64,000 bases of DNA from an uncultured delta proteobacterium. GTDB taxonomy: Bacteria; Myxococcota; Myxococcia; Myxococcales; Anaeromyxobacteraceae. Made by a program: the position numbers and the translations under genes. The DNA lies in NCBI GenBank assembly GCA_963766715.1, contig CAVYBH010000002.1, positions 222,732 through 286,731 of the forward strand. The letters run 5' to 3'. Positions 62,908 through 64,000 of the stretch are shown here, piece by piece (position 1 is the stretch's first letter; every line of letters starts with the position of its first letter). The notes beneath the pieces are model-generated. The model was not told where the DNA came from, did not search any database, and worked only from the letters and a program-made list of their open reading frames with translations.

Positions 62908-64000
62908 TTCTTCTTCCCCTTCGCGGGCTTCGCGCCCTTCCTGGGCGCCGGTGCCTTGGCGGCCGCGGGCTTCTTCGCCGGTGCGGCCTTCTTCGGTGCA
63001 GCGGCCTTCGCGGCCGGCTTCGCGGGCGCCTTGGGGGCGGCCTTGGGCGGCGTCTTCGGGACGGGCTTCTTCGCCGGTGCGGCCTTGGGCGCGGCCTTCG
63101 GAGGCGGCGCTGCCTTGACCGCCTGCTTCTTCGGGGGCGGGGGCGGGGGGGGCGGCGGAGCAGCCTTCTTCGGGGCCGCAGCCTTGGCAGCCGGGGCCTT
63201 CTCTGTCGCGCGGGGCGCCGGCTTCGCCGGCACCGCATCGGCCTCTTCGGCCCCTTCCTCGGCGGGAGCGGCCGTCTCGGACTCGCCTTCCTCGGACTCC
63301 TCGCTCTCGGCGGTGCCCTCGGCGACCCCCTCCAGCGCGCCCAGGTCGATACCCAGGTCGGCCAGGCCGAGGTCGTCGTCGTCGGCAGCGACCGGCTTCT
63401 TCCGCTTCCACGGCGGACCCTTGAGCTCGACCGGCGTCGGGGGCGGCTTGAGCGGGAGCTTCATGCCGGCGGGCGGCATGAGGGCCAGGTCGACGTAGTC
63501 CTCGGCGATGACGTCGGGGACTCCGAGTGAAACCGAGATCTCGTTCACGAGCAGGTGGCGGGAGCTGTCGTAGAGCTCGCGCTCCTTGGCCGGCAGCGGG
63601 CGCAGCCGCGCCAGGGAGTGAAGCCCCTTCACCACCTCGGCCACGCCGAGGACGCCGCCGGCGATGAGCCGCTCGACGTTGTCGCGGTGGCGGACCTTCC
63701 AGTCGAGCTCGGGGTCGTCGTAGGAGGCGCCGAGGTAGTGGAAGACCCCCTCGATGTCGTCGGCCGTGGCCACGCGACGCAGCCCGATGGTCGGGACCTT
63801 GGCGAGCGGGACGAGCACCGAGGCGCCGTCCTCCTCGCGGGTCATCTTCACGAACTCGAGCCGCTGCCCGGCGATGTCCTGCTGCTCGAGCCCGGTGACC
63901 CGGTAGACGCCCTGCTTCGGGTAGACGACCCGGTCGCCGGCCTTCAAATCGACGGCCGACGCGATGTTGCCGGCCGGCTCGGTGACCTCTTCCTGCTTCT
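62904..64000 (-). CDS. carD: CarD with N-terminal CarD/TRCF domain, acidic region and histone H1-like K/A/P tail (5' end outside the window)
   Basis: GDRVVYPKQGV...VLVP...GLR...WKVR; DDDD/EEE tract; PAKK/APKK repeats. Confidence 0.92.
   Translation of the reverse strand, partial: KQEEVTEPAGNIASAVDLKAGDRVVYPKQGVYRVTGLEQQDIAGQRLEFVKMTREEDGASVLVPLAKVPTIGLRRVATADDIEGVFHYLGASYDDPELDWKVRHRDNVERLIAGGVLGVAEVVKGLHSLARLRPLPAKERELYDSSRHLLVNEISVSLGVPDVIAEDYVDLALMPPAGMKLPLKPPPTPVELKGPPWKRKKPVAADDDDLGLADLGIDLGALEGVAEGTAESEESEEGESETAAPAEEGAEEADAVPAKPAPRATEKAPAAKAAAPKKAAPPPPPPPPPKKQAVKAAPPPKAAPKAAPAKKPVPKTPPKAAPKAPAKPAAKAAAPKKAAPAKKPAAAKAPAPRKGAKPAKGKKK

Noticed and set aside
62904..63240. Short tandem-like repeats (GGCCTTCTTCG variants)
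   Set aside because: They encode the PAKK/APKK tail of CarD; there is no repeat-spacer structure.

Overview
High-GC window from a myxobacterium, very probably Anaeromyxobacteraceae (tmRNA tag ANEPMALAA; CarD with a histone H1-like tail followed by CarG). It has three parts. (1) 1-35.1 kb: accessory small, secreted, transport and hydrolase genes, including two pairs of paralogous 53-65 aa microproteins, one member of which the ORF track misses. (2) About 35.13-57.63 kb: a ~22.5 kb, visibly more AT-rich island at the tmRNA (ssrA) 3' end, bounded by an exact 33-bp direct repeat and with no recognisable integrase. It carries a rearranged aryl-polyene (APE)-like lipid cluster with a B12-dependent radical SAM enzyme and a MIO ammonia-lyase, but apparently no ring methyltransferase, second KS or second ACP. 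It also carries a Ser/Thr kinase paralogous to one at 26 kb. (3) 57.6-64 kb: ssrA and a carD-carG-membrane protein-GT-C glycosyltransferase-TMTC-like operon. Many genes have single-base frameshifts that look like long-read indel errors, so pseudogene status is uncertain. Family assignments come from motif recognition by eye; no database search was run.
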